Part shown: piece by piece, positions 24,461-35,980 of the stretch
How positions within the stretch are numbered: position 1 is the stretch's first letter
Layout: every line of letters begins with the position of its first letter
Source: Callorhinchus milii
Taxonomy: Eukaryota
Length of the DNA stretch: 64,000 nt
NCBI RefSeq assembly: GCF_018977255.1
Contig: NW_024704743.1
Location: 111,168,001-111,232,000 of the forward strand
Direction of reading: 5' to 3'
Program-made: the position numbers and the translations under genes
The notes under the pieces: generated by a model
Databases searched by the model: none
The model's input: only the letters and a program-made list of their open reading frames with translations
Told to the model about the DNA's origin: nothing

Positions 24461-26117
24461 GAGAACAAAGGGCCCTGATCAGTACCATGTTAAGCATCAT
24501 CTCAGTTGCTCCCACTACCACTGAGCCGGCTCCATATGTACATATGTGTGTCTCAGAACTAATTCTTCAATAGACAGATGGCAATCTCAGGCTGCTACAT
24601 TCAAAATGTGTAAAAATAGTCACAGGAAGGAGGGAGGGAGGAAGGAGGGAAGGAAGGAAGGAGACTGAGGTGTCAGATCTGAAAGAATACACGTTTGTTG
24701 AGGTGTAAAATTTATAGCCTGCTCTGTGAATATTGCACGCAAATGTAGTCTTACATCAAAGATAGGGAAATAAAAGCTGAGTGCCCATAGCCATATGGCT
24801 TTTGCTATTCAGTTGTAAAACAGAGATTTATTGGAATTACTATGAAGGATAAAACTGTACCAGAATTTCTGTGTAATCTATAAACCAAATGTCTGTCACG
24901 TGGCATATGGGAACCACCATCTGTGTGTTCACCTGTTTGTGCAGGTCAAAGCTGGGGACTGGCTAATTGGCAGCCACATCGCCTGTTCTTCACAGTGTGA
25001 GTAAGACACACTTCACACTCAGGATATCGGAGAAATGGGACAGGTTGAACTCCAAACTGGTCAATTTGACAGACGGACATTAAATTCAAAATCGTGGGGT
25101 GCAAACTTCTTAAGTGATGTGATGATTATTGCATTGTGAGATGGTCTGAATGTCCTTGTCTATAAACCCAGCAGGTGAGCACCCACTTCCCTGACTTTGT
25201 TGAGACGGTTTCGTTCAAAGCTGGCGAGCTTCTAACAGAAGGTTTAACAGAAGCCAAGGAGGAAGAAACCCTGCCCCAAAGGAGGGAGATAGTGGACAAA
25301 GGTTTTGCCTTTGCACTGTTGCCACCATTTCTGTGAGCACTGTTGTGTTGAGATCAGACCAGGCGGGTGATTGACCTAAAGCCAATCGATCGTATCAGAG
25401 TTTGTCCACAAAACACACGGTCACTCCACTTTACACTGGGAAGCATTTTGAGCTGATCCCCCACCCCCACCACCCCCGACATGAAAAGCATTATATCAAA
25501 TGTAAGGATTGTTATTATTGACTGAAATTCCATAGTTTCTTAATATGCGCAATACGACAATTGAATCTTTTATGAACAGGCACACTTTTCACTCCACTGA
25601 CTCTAGCATTTATGGGATAAGATGAATCCAAGTGAGAATAAACAATTATCCTTAATATCACTCTTTTTAGAAAAACATAATTTCTTATCCATTTGTTTTA
25701 TCGAGTTGAGCCGTCTCTATTTGTGCTGCTTGGGAGGGTGTGGCAGTTTAGTTTGCAGATCTCACTCTGGATGTGATTTACACTGCAGCTCATTCAAGCT
25801 GTGAGTGGGGTATGTATGCTTGAATAGTGCAGGAATGGAAAGACCAAGCCCATCTCTTGTCTATTTGAAACAGTCCTTAGGGGGGAATATGAAGTGTGAA
25901 TGCCAGTCTGGCTGGGATTCTGACTGCTGTTGCAGCAGCCTAATTGGCTACCTGTTTATTCATTGCCTTTAACCTTACAGAATTCCAAAGCTACTTGTAT
26001 TAAAAGGTCTGCAGTATCTGTCTTGTAGCAGTGTCAGAAATAATGCTAATGTTGAATTATAATAATGTAATACCAATCCTTACTTGCGATGGCGCTTGGT
26101 TGAAAGCGCTTCACAGG

Positions 26118-26466
26118 ATAATAATAAATAATAGTAACCCTTGCATTTGATATAGTGCATTTCACGTCTTTTAGACGTCTCAAAGTGCTTCACAGAATAT
26201 ACTCTAAAGTGAATTGACAGTATATTTGTGGGCAAAATGTGGCAATCAATTGCACACAGCAGTATCCCACAAACAGTCATGACAAAATTATTATTTTTTT
26301 AATAAAAGCGACCTGCAATCGACTAACAACTGGGTTCCTACTTACTGCTAGGTAAACAGAGACGTGTGGAGTAAGGAAACTTGCCCAACATTTCGCCCTG
26401 CCGGGAATTGAACCCAGGTCTCTCGCTTGCGAGCCGAGTGCTCTAATCATTGAGCTGCAGGACTCC
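26118..26466 (-). mobile_element. SINE family A, full-length long subfamily
   Basis: Reverse complement of the 13902 copy including the CORE-like segment. Confidence 0.9.
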
Positions 26467-27395
26467 AGGATATATTGTAAGTGGTGCGACAGTGTATTTT
26501 ATGGACAAATTAGTCATTGACCTAAATAGATCAAATAAATAAATATATAAATATTTAAATAAATACATACACAGATACATAAATTGATGAATAAACAAAC
26601 AAACATCCATGTCTTCCAGCACCTTGGGACGTCCTTCCGACATGAAAGGAGCTATACAAATGTAAGTTTGTTGTTGCTGTGTTGCATATTATTCCCAGTC
26701 CTGTGCTAGAGTTAGGTGGAGTCTTTGTGCTATCCAGTCTTTAAAGGGTTACAACTGCCTTTTTCTGGTATTATTGGAGCAGCTGATAACCGTCTCTCTG
26801 TGCTCACAGAAATGGTAGCATTCATCACTGGGTCCACTGTGAGACAGCTGGGGAGAGGATACCTTTAAAGAATGCAGTCAATAATATTGCCTAGCAACAG
26901 GCCTACGTGTCTGGACCACTGGAAGATTTACTCGGGAGATGGGTCATATGATGACCTAACCTGAAGAATTAAGATTAAAATCTACTTGGAAAGTGTGTGT
27001 GTGTGGGGGAGGGGTGGGGAAACGACAGGGTAAATTAATATTTCATGAGGACGATTCAAGTTTTCATTGTACAATTTTAGGCAGGCAGAGTTCGATAATG
27101 CTCAGGGTAGCATGGGTTTCTGGAATTAAATCTAACAATATGTTCTGCTACAATTTTCGTTTAATATTAGATCCTTCTTGAGATAAATTATTCAGTTCAA
27201 AGGTAGCAGAGCTCTCTCTGGAGCAACTGAAGGTCACTCATTTATTGCCAGGCCCTGTGTTTTTTAGATGTTTATACTTTTATTAATAATCTAGTTTTAT
27301 ATTGTGTCTCACCTTGGCTCAGTTGGTAACCCTTTCATCTCTGGTACAGAAGGTCATGGGTTCTAGCCCTACCCTGGTGTTTGAGCTCATAGACT

Positions 27396-28484
27396 TGTTA
27401 GAATTTACACTTTTTGTATGATGTTAGAATCATAATAGATGTTATGAATGGGTTAACTTTTAAGTTAAGTGTGGGGGACAACTGTACTGACAGTCATGGG
27501 ATAGGACACATCTGGTTTTCTCTGTTTTTGAAAGAATAACGGACAGGGGCAGGGGGTCACCTCTTATCAGTAAATGACAACAAGCCACAGAGGTAACGGT
27601 CCAAGGTATCAGTCGACACATAAGATCTCGACTGAGCAATAAGTCGCTAGATTCTGACAGGGCCTGCCAACCGACAGAAGGCAACCCTCAAGAATAGCAA
27701 TTAATGAGCAAGTTGCTTAAACTAGAGGGCCTTGGTACCATCCCGGGATACTGATAAGAAATAACCAGTCACTTAAAAGGAATGTACTAATGATCCCACA
27801 CCACAAAATAATGAGCACCAGATACAGTCCTAAACTGATCAATCCTCTATCTTAGACAATTAGATCAGATAACAGGGGTCTTAAGAACAATGTGTATGTA
27901 TGTGAGGCACGTACACCCCATGAGGTGCTCACGTACACCCAGCATGATTTCGACCGGGTGATCTAATGTCCGCACCATGATTGGATGAACATTGGTATAT
28001 GAGTTCCGTTACCTTTGTGTACGGGGCTGTCCCGGGTCGTGGAGACAAGGATAATAGAGATGGAGCCGTCTCGGGTCGCGGAGACAAGAATAAGAGAGAT
28101 GGAGCCTTCCCGGGTCGCGGAGACAAGGATACGGGAGATGGGGCCATCCCGGGCTGCGGAGACAAGGGTACGGGAGATGGAAGACTGAGAGCTAGAAACA
28201 CTAAGACTGAGGATATCAGATGGAAGATTGAAAGCTGTAAGCAAGAAGACTGAAAGCATGAAGAATCAAGCTTGTGTGCTGGAAAGACACAGTGTTGAAC
28301 TCTTGAACTCAAGATATCTATAGTGGTGTTATTCTGTTGTAAGATCTGTTGATTGTACCGGCCTTTGGTCTGACCCATCGGGATATTGGGGAATAACGAA
28401 CGAATAATAATAAAACAGTTTGATTTCTGGTTAGAGGAATTAGCGTTATTTCCTTACAGATTTGGCTGATTTTATTTTCTAACA
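27396..28484 (+). mobile_element. Solo LTR (1089 bp) of an LTR retroelement/ERV
   Basis: Termini TGTTAGAA...TTCTAACA (8-bp inverted repeat); 4-bp flanks GACT/GTCT (one mismatch); two ATTGG boxes and TATATGA at 27980-28002; AATAAA near 28410; interrupts a SINE B copy. Confidence 0.88.
28030..28181 (+). repeat. 39-bp tandem repeat, about 4 copies, inside the LTR
   Basis: Unit GGAGACAAGGATAATAGAGATGGAGCCGTCTCGGGTCGC with variants. Confidence 0.92.
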
Positions 28485-29071
28485 GTCTGAGCTGACACTC
28501 CAGTGCAGTGCTGGGGGAATGTTGGAGATGCCGCCGTTCAGATGAGATAAAAACTGAGGTTCCGTCTGTTTGCAGTCAGGTGGACATTAAAGATGCCATG
28601 GCAATGTTTGAAAGGAAAAAGGAGTTCACCCTCTGAAATCTCTGGCAAACTAATGGGAGCTTATACACAGTTTTGTACAATTAACTCAAATCCAATAGAT
28701 GATAGATATACATCAGGTCAAACAAATTTAATTTTGAACGGAAGCTGAGTGGGAAGGGCCGTTGCCCCCAGTGACTCCTCTGCCCTTCCAAGTCCTGTCA
28801 CTCTGGGTTGTCATCAGCAATGCCCTGAGCACTTCGGACCCATCTGCCTTAGGAACTCAATTACCAAGACCACCACAGAGGGCTGGCTTGATTCTGACAT
28901 TCCATTGCCAAACCTTGGAGCCAGTTGGCGACAGCCAAGGCTTGGGGACCCCAGAGTCTGCTTTGGGGGTACTGATGGAGTTTAACCAGCTAAAACTGAA
29001 AGCTTAAACTGTTCATGTTCCAGTCATGCTATCTATTACTTTGATTGCAAATGTTAAACCGATCGGTGTTC

Positions 29072-29390
29072 AGTCCTGTAGCTCAGTGGTTAGAGCACTC
29101 GCTTTGCAAGTGAGAGACCTGAGTTCAATTCCAGACAGGGCGAAACCTTGGGCAAGTTTCCTTACTCCACACAGAGCCTAATAATAATCCCTCCAAAACC
29201 AAAAACAATAATAAATTGGTCATTTTCAATCTACGACTGTTTGTGGGATATTGCTGTGCGCAATTGCTGCCGAGTCCGCCCACAAATATACAGTCAATTC
29301 ACTTTACAGTGTGTTCTGTGAAGCGCTTTGGGACGTCCTCCCGACGTGAAAAGCTCTATATCAAATGCAAGGATTATTATTATTATTATT
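29072..29390 (+). mobile_element. SINE family A, full-length short subfamily
   Basis: agtcctgtagctcagtggttagagc head to (ATT)n tail. Confidence 0.92.
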
Positions 29391-30682
29391 TAAGATTTAA
29401 TGATAAAATGTATTTGTTGTGATTTATTTACAATGTGATGTTTTTGTGCTCAGGAAATTTGTAGCCAGCAAACAGCATTCTTTATATAGAGTCATATAGA
29501 ACATTACAGCATGGAAATACGCCATTCTGCCCAACTAATTAGTATTGATATTTATAATCTACATGAGTCTCTATCCTTCCACTTGTGGTCTCTACACATA
29601 TAGAGGCCATCAACCTGATGTTACAGCTACCTGTGCCATCCCATTGGAAAGCAGGGGCTAACCCCACCCTTGTAAAGTGCTCTGAGATGTTCCCCTAAGT
29701 GAAGGACGCTATATAATTGCATGTTGCTGATGTCTAATAAATGACAATTAACCATATAGTCCATGTCACTTCCAGTGACTTCTGATGGAAACCAGAACTC
29801 ATCCTGCTGACTTGAGACTCATTATTATCTACTTCCAGACCACAGTCCCCAGGGTTTGGAGTAGCAATCTTCCAGGTACTGGTAAGAGTCACTATTATAT
29901 TAAACCCCATTACCTAACCATATCCCTCAAAATCTATTGTCAGGATGTTTTCTAGACACGTTTCCAACAGGTGAAACTTTAACCTTGAATATGTTTCGGA
30001 CTGCAACAGAATTGAATTAATTTCTGTGTTTTTTCTTTCCAAAGTATATTTTGGCCTCTTTAGTGTTGAAACTAAATGCATTATCTTTACTGCTTAACTG
30101 TGGCTTGTTGTAGACCGTAGAAATTTATAGTGCGGTAGGAGGCCATTCGGTGTCACTCTATTTCCGTACAGCTGTATACCTGTCTATTTCCCTCTTGAAA
30201 CCCACAATGGACACTGCCACCTTACTTGGCAGGGCATTCTACATCCCAACAACTCTTTGTGTAAACAAATTTCTCCCAAATTCTCCAAGATTATAAACAG
30301 CAAACACTCCATGTAGGCACAGAAGATTAGTCTCACCTTGTGAATAAATTTAGCGACCTTTACTGGGTTCGTTTATCATTAATTATATTCTTATTATGAG
30401 TCCTCACTTTAGCACCAAATGTCAGCAACTGTACTGGCAAATAGAGAAAAACACACAGACATTGGTATTGGTTTTGTGTTCTAAGCACTGAAGAAGCAAG
30501 ATATGTTTTAGTTTTAATTCATCATTTCCATTGCAGGCTGACTGGAAGACGGAAATAATATCAGCCTGGGCTCACTGGATTTGAATCTTCCAAATAAATG
30601 TTTGCTTTGTATTTGGGATGAAAACATTACAACAATTACAAACAATAAGTCTAGAGATATTTGGTGAATGGGAATAATATTT

Positions 30683-31077
30683 ATAATAATCCTTGCAATT
30701 GATATAATGTCTCATCACGTAATTGAGACACCGCAAAGCACTTCACAGGATATACTGTAAAGTGCAGTGAAATTTTTGGGGGTTGGTGAAAGCAGCAGCC
30801 AATGTACCCACAGCAATATACCACAAACAGCCATGGAATAAATGACCAATTTTATTTGGGGAATTGTTGGCCAGGAGAAACCCACTTCTCTTTTTGAAAT
30901 TTACCATGGGATGTTTAACATCCACCTGAACAGACGGTAGAGGGGACCTCTGCCAACGCAGCACTCCCCCAGCACTGCACTGGATCATCAGCGTATGCTG
31001 TGAGTTCAAGGTCCCAACATGGGGCTTGAACCTTCTGACTTGTAGGTGGGAGTGTTACCAACTGAGCCAGGCTGACA
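30683..31077 (-). mobile_element. SINE family B
   Basis: Reverse complement of head, core and tail. Confidence 0.85.
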
Positions 31078-31609
31078 CCTACATTTATAAAATGCAGGCA
31101 TGCATGACTTTAATTTTCTGTTCCTGTGGAATAAGTCATGGGTTGGGACTCAACAATGACATGGTGCAAGTTATACTGAATAAATAATTACTGTGTCAGT
31201 CGGTACTTCAGCAACTGTGTGGGCCAGTGGTTTTCAATTAATATTCATGCTTTTCAGTTGCAATAAATCCTAAAATGCTTTCTGGGAAATATTTGCCAGA
31301 TGCTATCAAAATTCAGATATGTATTGATATTTATTTTGTATGTGGCTGGGGGAATGAATTATTCATTTGGGCCACTACGTGTTGTGAGATCGTTTTTTAT
31401 CATCTGAATAATTTTACAGCACAGCTTTCTTTGAACAACTCACCTGCTCTTCAATCCTTGGAAAACAAGGCAAGCTTGTTCCTGTGTACTAGGTACATTG
31501 TTTAGTTCAACTCCATTTACTGAGCAGGTCCCAGCATTCAGGTCATCAGCACAATGATTTGTGCTTGATCCATGGAACACAGAATTACTCCTGTGATAAA
31601 ACAGGAGAA

Positions 31610-31878
31610 GGCAGGGCGAAACGATAGGCAAGTTTCCTTACTTCACATGCCTGTTTGCTTAGCAGTAAGTAGGAACCTGGTTGTTAGTCGATTGGCAGAT
31701 TTTTTTTCAGGGGGTAATAGTCCCTTCAAATTCTTTGGTCAATCAATCCATGGTCAATTGGTTGCCGTGTTTCGCACACAAAATACACAATCAATTCACT
31801 TTACAGTATATTCTGTGAAACACTTTGAGATGTCTCGAAGACGTGGTAAGGCGCTATAGCAAATGCAATGATTATTAC
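31610..31878 (+). mobile_element. SINE family A, long subfamily, 5'-truncated
   Basis: gcagggcgaaac...agcagtaagtaggaacc...3' body. Confidence 0.82.
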
Positions 31879-32260
31879 TATAAGGTCCCAATGAGGTTCA
31901 AATCAGGTTTGATAAAGCAAGGCTGTGACTGCAGTCTCACTGCCAGCTGAAAAGCAAAGCCTTCACCATTTCACTTCAGCTGCCTGAAAGCTTTCACAAT
32001 AACTTGCTTCAGGCTCTTACTGTGAAGTGGAATAACAGCTGTTTTACATAGCGGCGAACTTCAGCAAACTCCATTATTGTAACGGGACCCATGTCAGGTT
32101 CATGTAAGAAATGATTGAGTTCTGCACAGTGCAGTGAGGCTCTGCTGGAGAACTTAATTAGTCTGTCAGCTTTTCTCTTCTCGGCTCTCTTACGTGCTTC
32201 ACATTTCATTGATACTGTGTCATATTATTCGAGTATCAAAGTTTATAGCACAAGGAACTT

Positions 32261-32333
32261 CACCCCTCCCCCCATTCCCCCCTCCCCCCACTCCCCCCCC
32301 CCTCCCCCCACTCCCCCCCCCCCCCCCTCCCCA
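32261..32333. repeat. C-rich low-complexity tract
   Basis: Many C runs separated by 1-3 nt. Confidence 0.9.
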
Positions 32334-34914
32334 CGTCTAGTTAAAGCATTCCTAATTGTTGAGGTACTTTCCAGTCCCCAGACAGCTCTGAAAGCACACA
32401 GTTAGTACTGGTCCCAAGTCAGGTGTAAATCACAGCACTAAAACTCACCATGAACATCAACATGCAAATGGCATAAAGACTGGCATGAATTACAGATGTA
32501 TGGGACTGAATAATCAGACACATGATTTACCATTGGGATTCGGATGACATAAAGCACCAGCAAAATGCTGTGAGTTGGGTTTATGGATCTCTAAGATTAA
32601 ATTGAAGCCCTCTATTACTCTGTAACATTTGGATATTTTAATAATATACATCACGGAGTTCAATAAAATAAAAATAATGTCAGAAACTAATTAACAGAAA
32701 TTACCCTGATTGTAGCATACAAAGATCTATTATAATATGAGGCATAACTCATATAAGGTGACTCATGCAATGACAGTACAATTCTGAGGGCAGATTTATA
32801 CCATGTACAAAGAAATAATACCAAAGAGATCAGATAATGTCATAAACCTGGTAAACACTGTGAATGTTAAACATTCCATGGTGCTATTTGAAAAGAGAAG
32901 CAAGTTTCTTCTGGTTTCTTGGGCAACAATCAAATTTCTCATTCAGTTCATGGCTGTTCGTGGGACATTGCTGTATGTAAATTGACAGCCGCGTTTGATT
33001 TAAGTACACCTTTAGAATTCAGATTGACTTTTAAAGCACATTTGAACAATCCTCCTTTGTATTAGGAATTGTGGGGTAAAAATAATATTTATCTTTCGGC
33101 ATCAATCTGCATGAGGAGCGATGAAATCCACGCTCTCCTCCTTCAAAAATAAACCTTTTAATCATTCGAATGAGCTAGGCTCGAAGCCTCTGAGATTTTG
33201 ATAAAACGGTAATTTTTATTGTGCCTAAGGTCACCTTCCCCCTCTCCCGGGCTCGTAGACAAGCTCCGCCACTGTTAATTGCTTCGAGACGCTACACTGT
33301 ACGAAGGGCGCTGTATAAATGCAAGCTGTTATTATTGGAATTTATCTATGAGAATAACTATGATCTTTGACCCTTGTTGGCAATCAACACTTAATAATAA
33401 ACAATCCCCAAAAAAAGAGCTTGATGAAGGGCATAAAATTTGAAAAAAATAAAATAATTTGCGCCAGGTCTAAATATTAATGGGCCCCAGAACCTGAAAA
33501 GCAAGAAGCCACTTGCTTGGAAAGGGGCTCTACCACCCCGTGGGTGTTAGATTATGCTGGTGTTAAATAAGTAACGCCACAACTGAATTTTATCCAGAAT
33601 TTTACCTTGGCTATGGAATTTTACCCAGAATGTTTTCATGAATATTGCAATTTTGCTTCCTGTATTACAAAGAGATAACCAACTAATAGTTACCTATCAC
33701 TTACTAAAATAAGTAATAGGTAACTTTCACTAACATAGGTCAGTGACTCTTACTGTAAATACAGTTTCTGTGTTTCTTTATTTTCTGGGGAAGGAATCGA
33801 AGAGAATGAGCAAACCTTAAAGGAAATAAATTCTGGTTGAGAATCGGGCAGATACAATACAATACAGATTTACATTTATATAGCGCCTTTCACATCGGCG
33901 CGACTTCCCTAGGCATTTAATGGTGCTTGGGCTGATTACAGCTCTCACAAGACAATCCGGTAATTTTCAATCACACTACTAATGGGACACCTTTAGGATT
34001 GCTGCAACATGTTAGGCTTTTTCTGGCTCAAGGTTGTTTGTTCACTGCTAGCTTTTACAGAATAAATGAGGGCCATTATCCTTGGGAGAAAGAGAGAGAG
34101 TGTGTGTTTAGGGGCTGGCGGTAAGCACAGTCTCTTTGGAGCTCAACTGGCTCCAAGGTTACATTCTTGGCAATGGAAAGTTGGAACAGAGTGACTCCTC
34201 TGTGGTGGTCTTGTTAGTCCGGTTCCTGTACTACCCCAGGGACTGCTTCTGAGAGAGCTGCCAGCCTGGCTCCTCAGCCCTGCCTCTCGAGTGAGTGTGG
34301 GGCGGGGAGACCAGGGCTGCAGTTGTAATTAGCACTGACCTGTCTGAAATGATCAAATCTCATGCATTCCCAGTCGGATACAACGATTAAAGGCAGGCAA
34401 GCGCTGATTAGAATCCAGCCCCAGGGGTTGAAATCTCTGACGTGACAATGTCCGACTATGTGAAAAAATTTAGATTCCAGGAGCAAAGCCTGGTGAATTT
34501 CAGAACTTATTCTATTATGGACAAGTTTAAGGCACGTATACAACCTGCAATTTCACCTTACCTTAGCCTGAAAGTCAATTTTTGTCTTACCACTCTATTC
34601 CTTAAACCTCATGCATGCATCAGGTTTCCTCTTAAATATGTCGTACTTAGATACATTTCCTATTAAATAATGAACTCCTATTTCATTTGGACATGTTGGA
34701 TAATGTTTACATGATAGATGTTGATCATAGATTAACCTATTTATTAGCTATTCGGAAATACTAAAATGTTGGACAACACGATAAGTTATCTGGAATTTTG
34801 CAAGTTTCAAGTTTTTTTTAGAGAGGTGGGGGCACATTCTTGTACAACATTAAGAAGAGGAACATAGAGCGGGGGAATATTAGAATTGGTTGTGACCTTG
34901 CTGGAAAGTGTGTA

Positions 34915-35505
34915 TCCACACATTCATCACATCTAGGTTTGACTACGCCAACTTCTTCCTTGTTGGTCTTCCCAACTCTTCCCTCCACAAGCTGCAGATC
35001 ATCCAGAACTCTGCAGCTTGTGTTCTCTCCCACACCAGGCTCCGTGATCCTATCACCTCAACTCTCACCTGGCTCTATTAGTTCCCCATCCCTCAGAGTT
35101 CAAAATCCTCGTCCTCATTTTCAAGGTCCTTCATGGCCTTGCTCCTTTCCTACCTCTGTGACCTACTAACCCTTTATCAACCTATCCACCCCCTGCGCTC
35201 AGCAGCCTCCGACCTGCTCCACATCCCCTACCCACCCCAACATCAACGTTCGGGCCTTCAGCCTCTCTGCCCCCACCCTTGGGAACTCCATCCCACATTC
35301 CCTTCGCCTTGTTCCCTCTCTTGCCTTCGTTGAGGCCTGTCTCAAGACCCCCCTCTTCACCGCGCCTTCAGCCACCCTTCCACTCTCCCTGCCCTCTAAC
35401 CTCTCTGATCTCAACCCCTTGCTCAAGTCCAAACCCCTGACTGTCCAGTACCTTGGGGCGTCCTCCTGACGTGAAACGCACTATACAAATGTAATATTGG
35501 TATTT
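34915..35505 (+). mobile_element. L2 (family 2) 3' fragment
   Basis: Aligns by eye to 60460-61030; ends gacgtgaaacgcactatacaaatgtaat. Confidence 0.88.
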
Positions 35506-35580
35506 TGTATTTGTATGTCTGGATGTCAGGTAAGATCAGAATCAGACTGACATTCATTGCCACATCATCCATTGAATTGT

Positions 35581-35980
35581 GTCAGCCTGGCTCAATTGGT
35601 AACACACTTGCCGCTGAGTCAGAAGATTGTGGGTTGAAGCCCCACCATAGGACTTGGAACTCATGATAATCTATTCTGACACTTCAATTCAGTCCCAGGG
35701 ACTGCAACTTTGTTCAAGGTGCCGTCCTTTGGGTCAAACATTAAACCGAGGCCCTGTCTGCCTGTTCAGGTGGATTTTAAAGTTCTCGTAGCACTATTTG
35801 AAAAGAGAAGGGAGTTTAAAAATTGGTCATTCATTTCATCACTGTTTGTGGGACATTACTATGTGCAAATTGGCTTCATGTGCCCACTAAACACGTAGGC
35901 ACACTGCTTCACAGTATATCCTATCAAGCAATTTGGGACGTCCTATTGATGTGAAAGGTGCAATGTGAAATGTAATTATT
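35581..35980 (+). mobile_element. SINE family B, near full length
   Basis: gtcagcctggctcaattggtaac head, Deu-type core, tail. Confidence 0.85.

Larger units (their letters stand above)
27306..28630 (+). mobile_element. SINE family B (5' part) interrupted by the solo LTR
   Basis: ttggctcagttggtaac...tgagctcatagact [LTR] gtctgagctgacactccagtgcagtgctggggg. Confidence 0.85.

Noticed and set aside
26392..26466. tRNA-Ala(TGC)-like cloverleaf (also at 13902, 29072, 56074, 59600)
   Set aside because: Always continues into SINE body and tail; these are SINE heads, not tRNA genes.
28030..28181. CRISPR-like repeat array
   Set aside because: Head-to-tail units with no unique spacers, inside a eukaryotic LTR, no cas genes.
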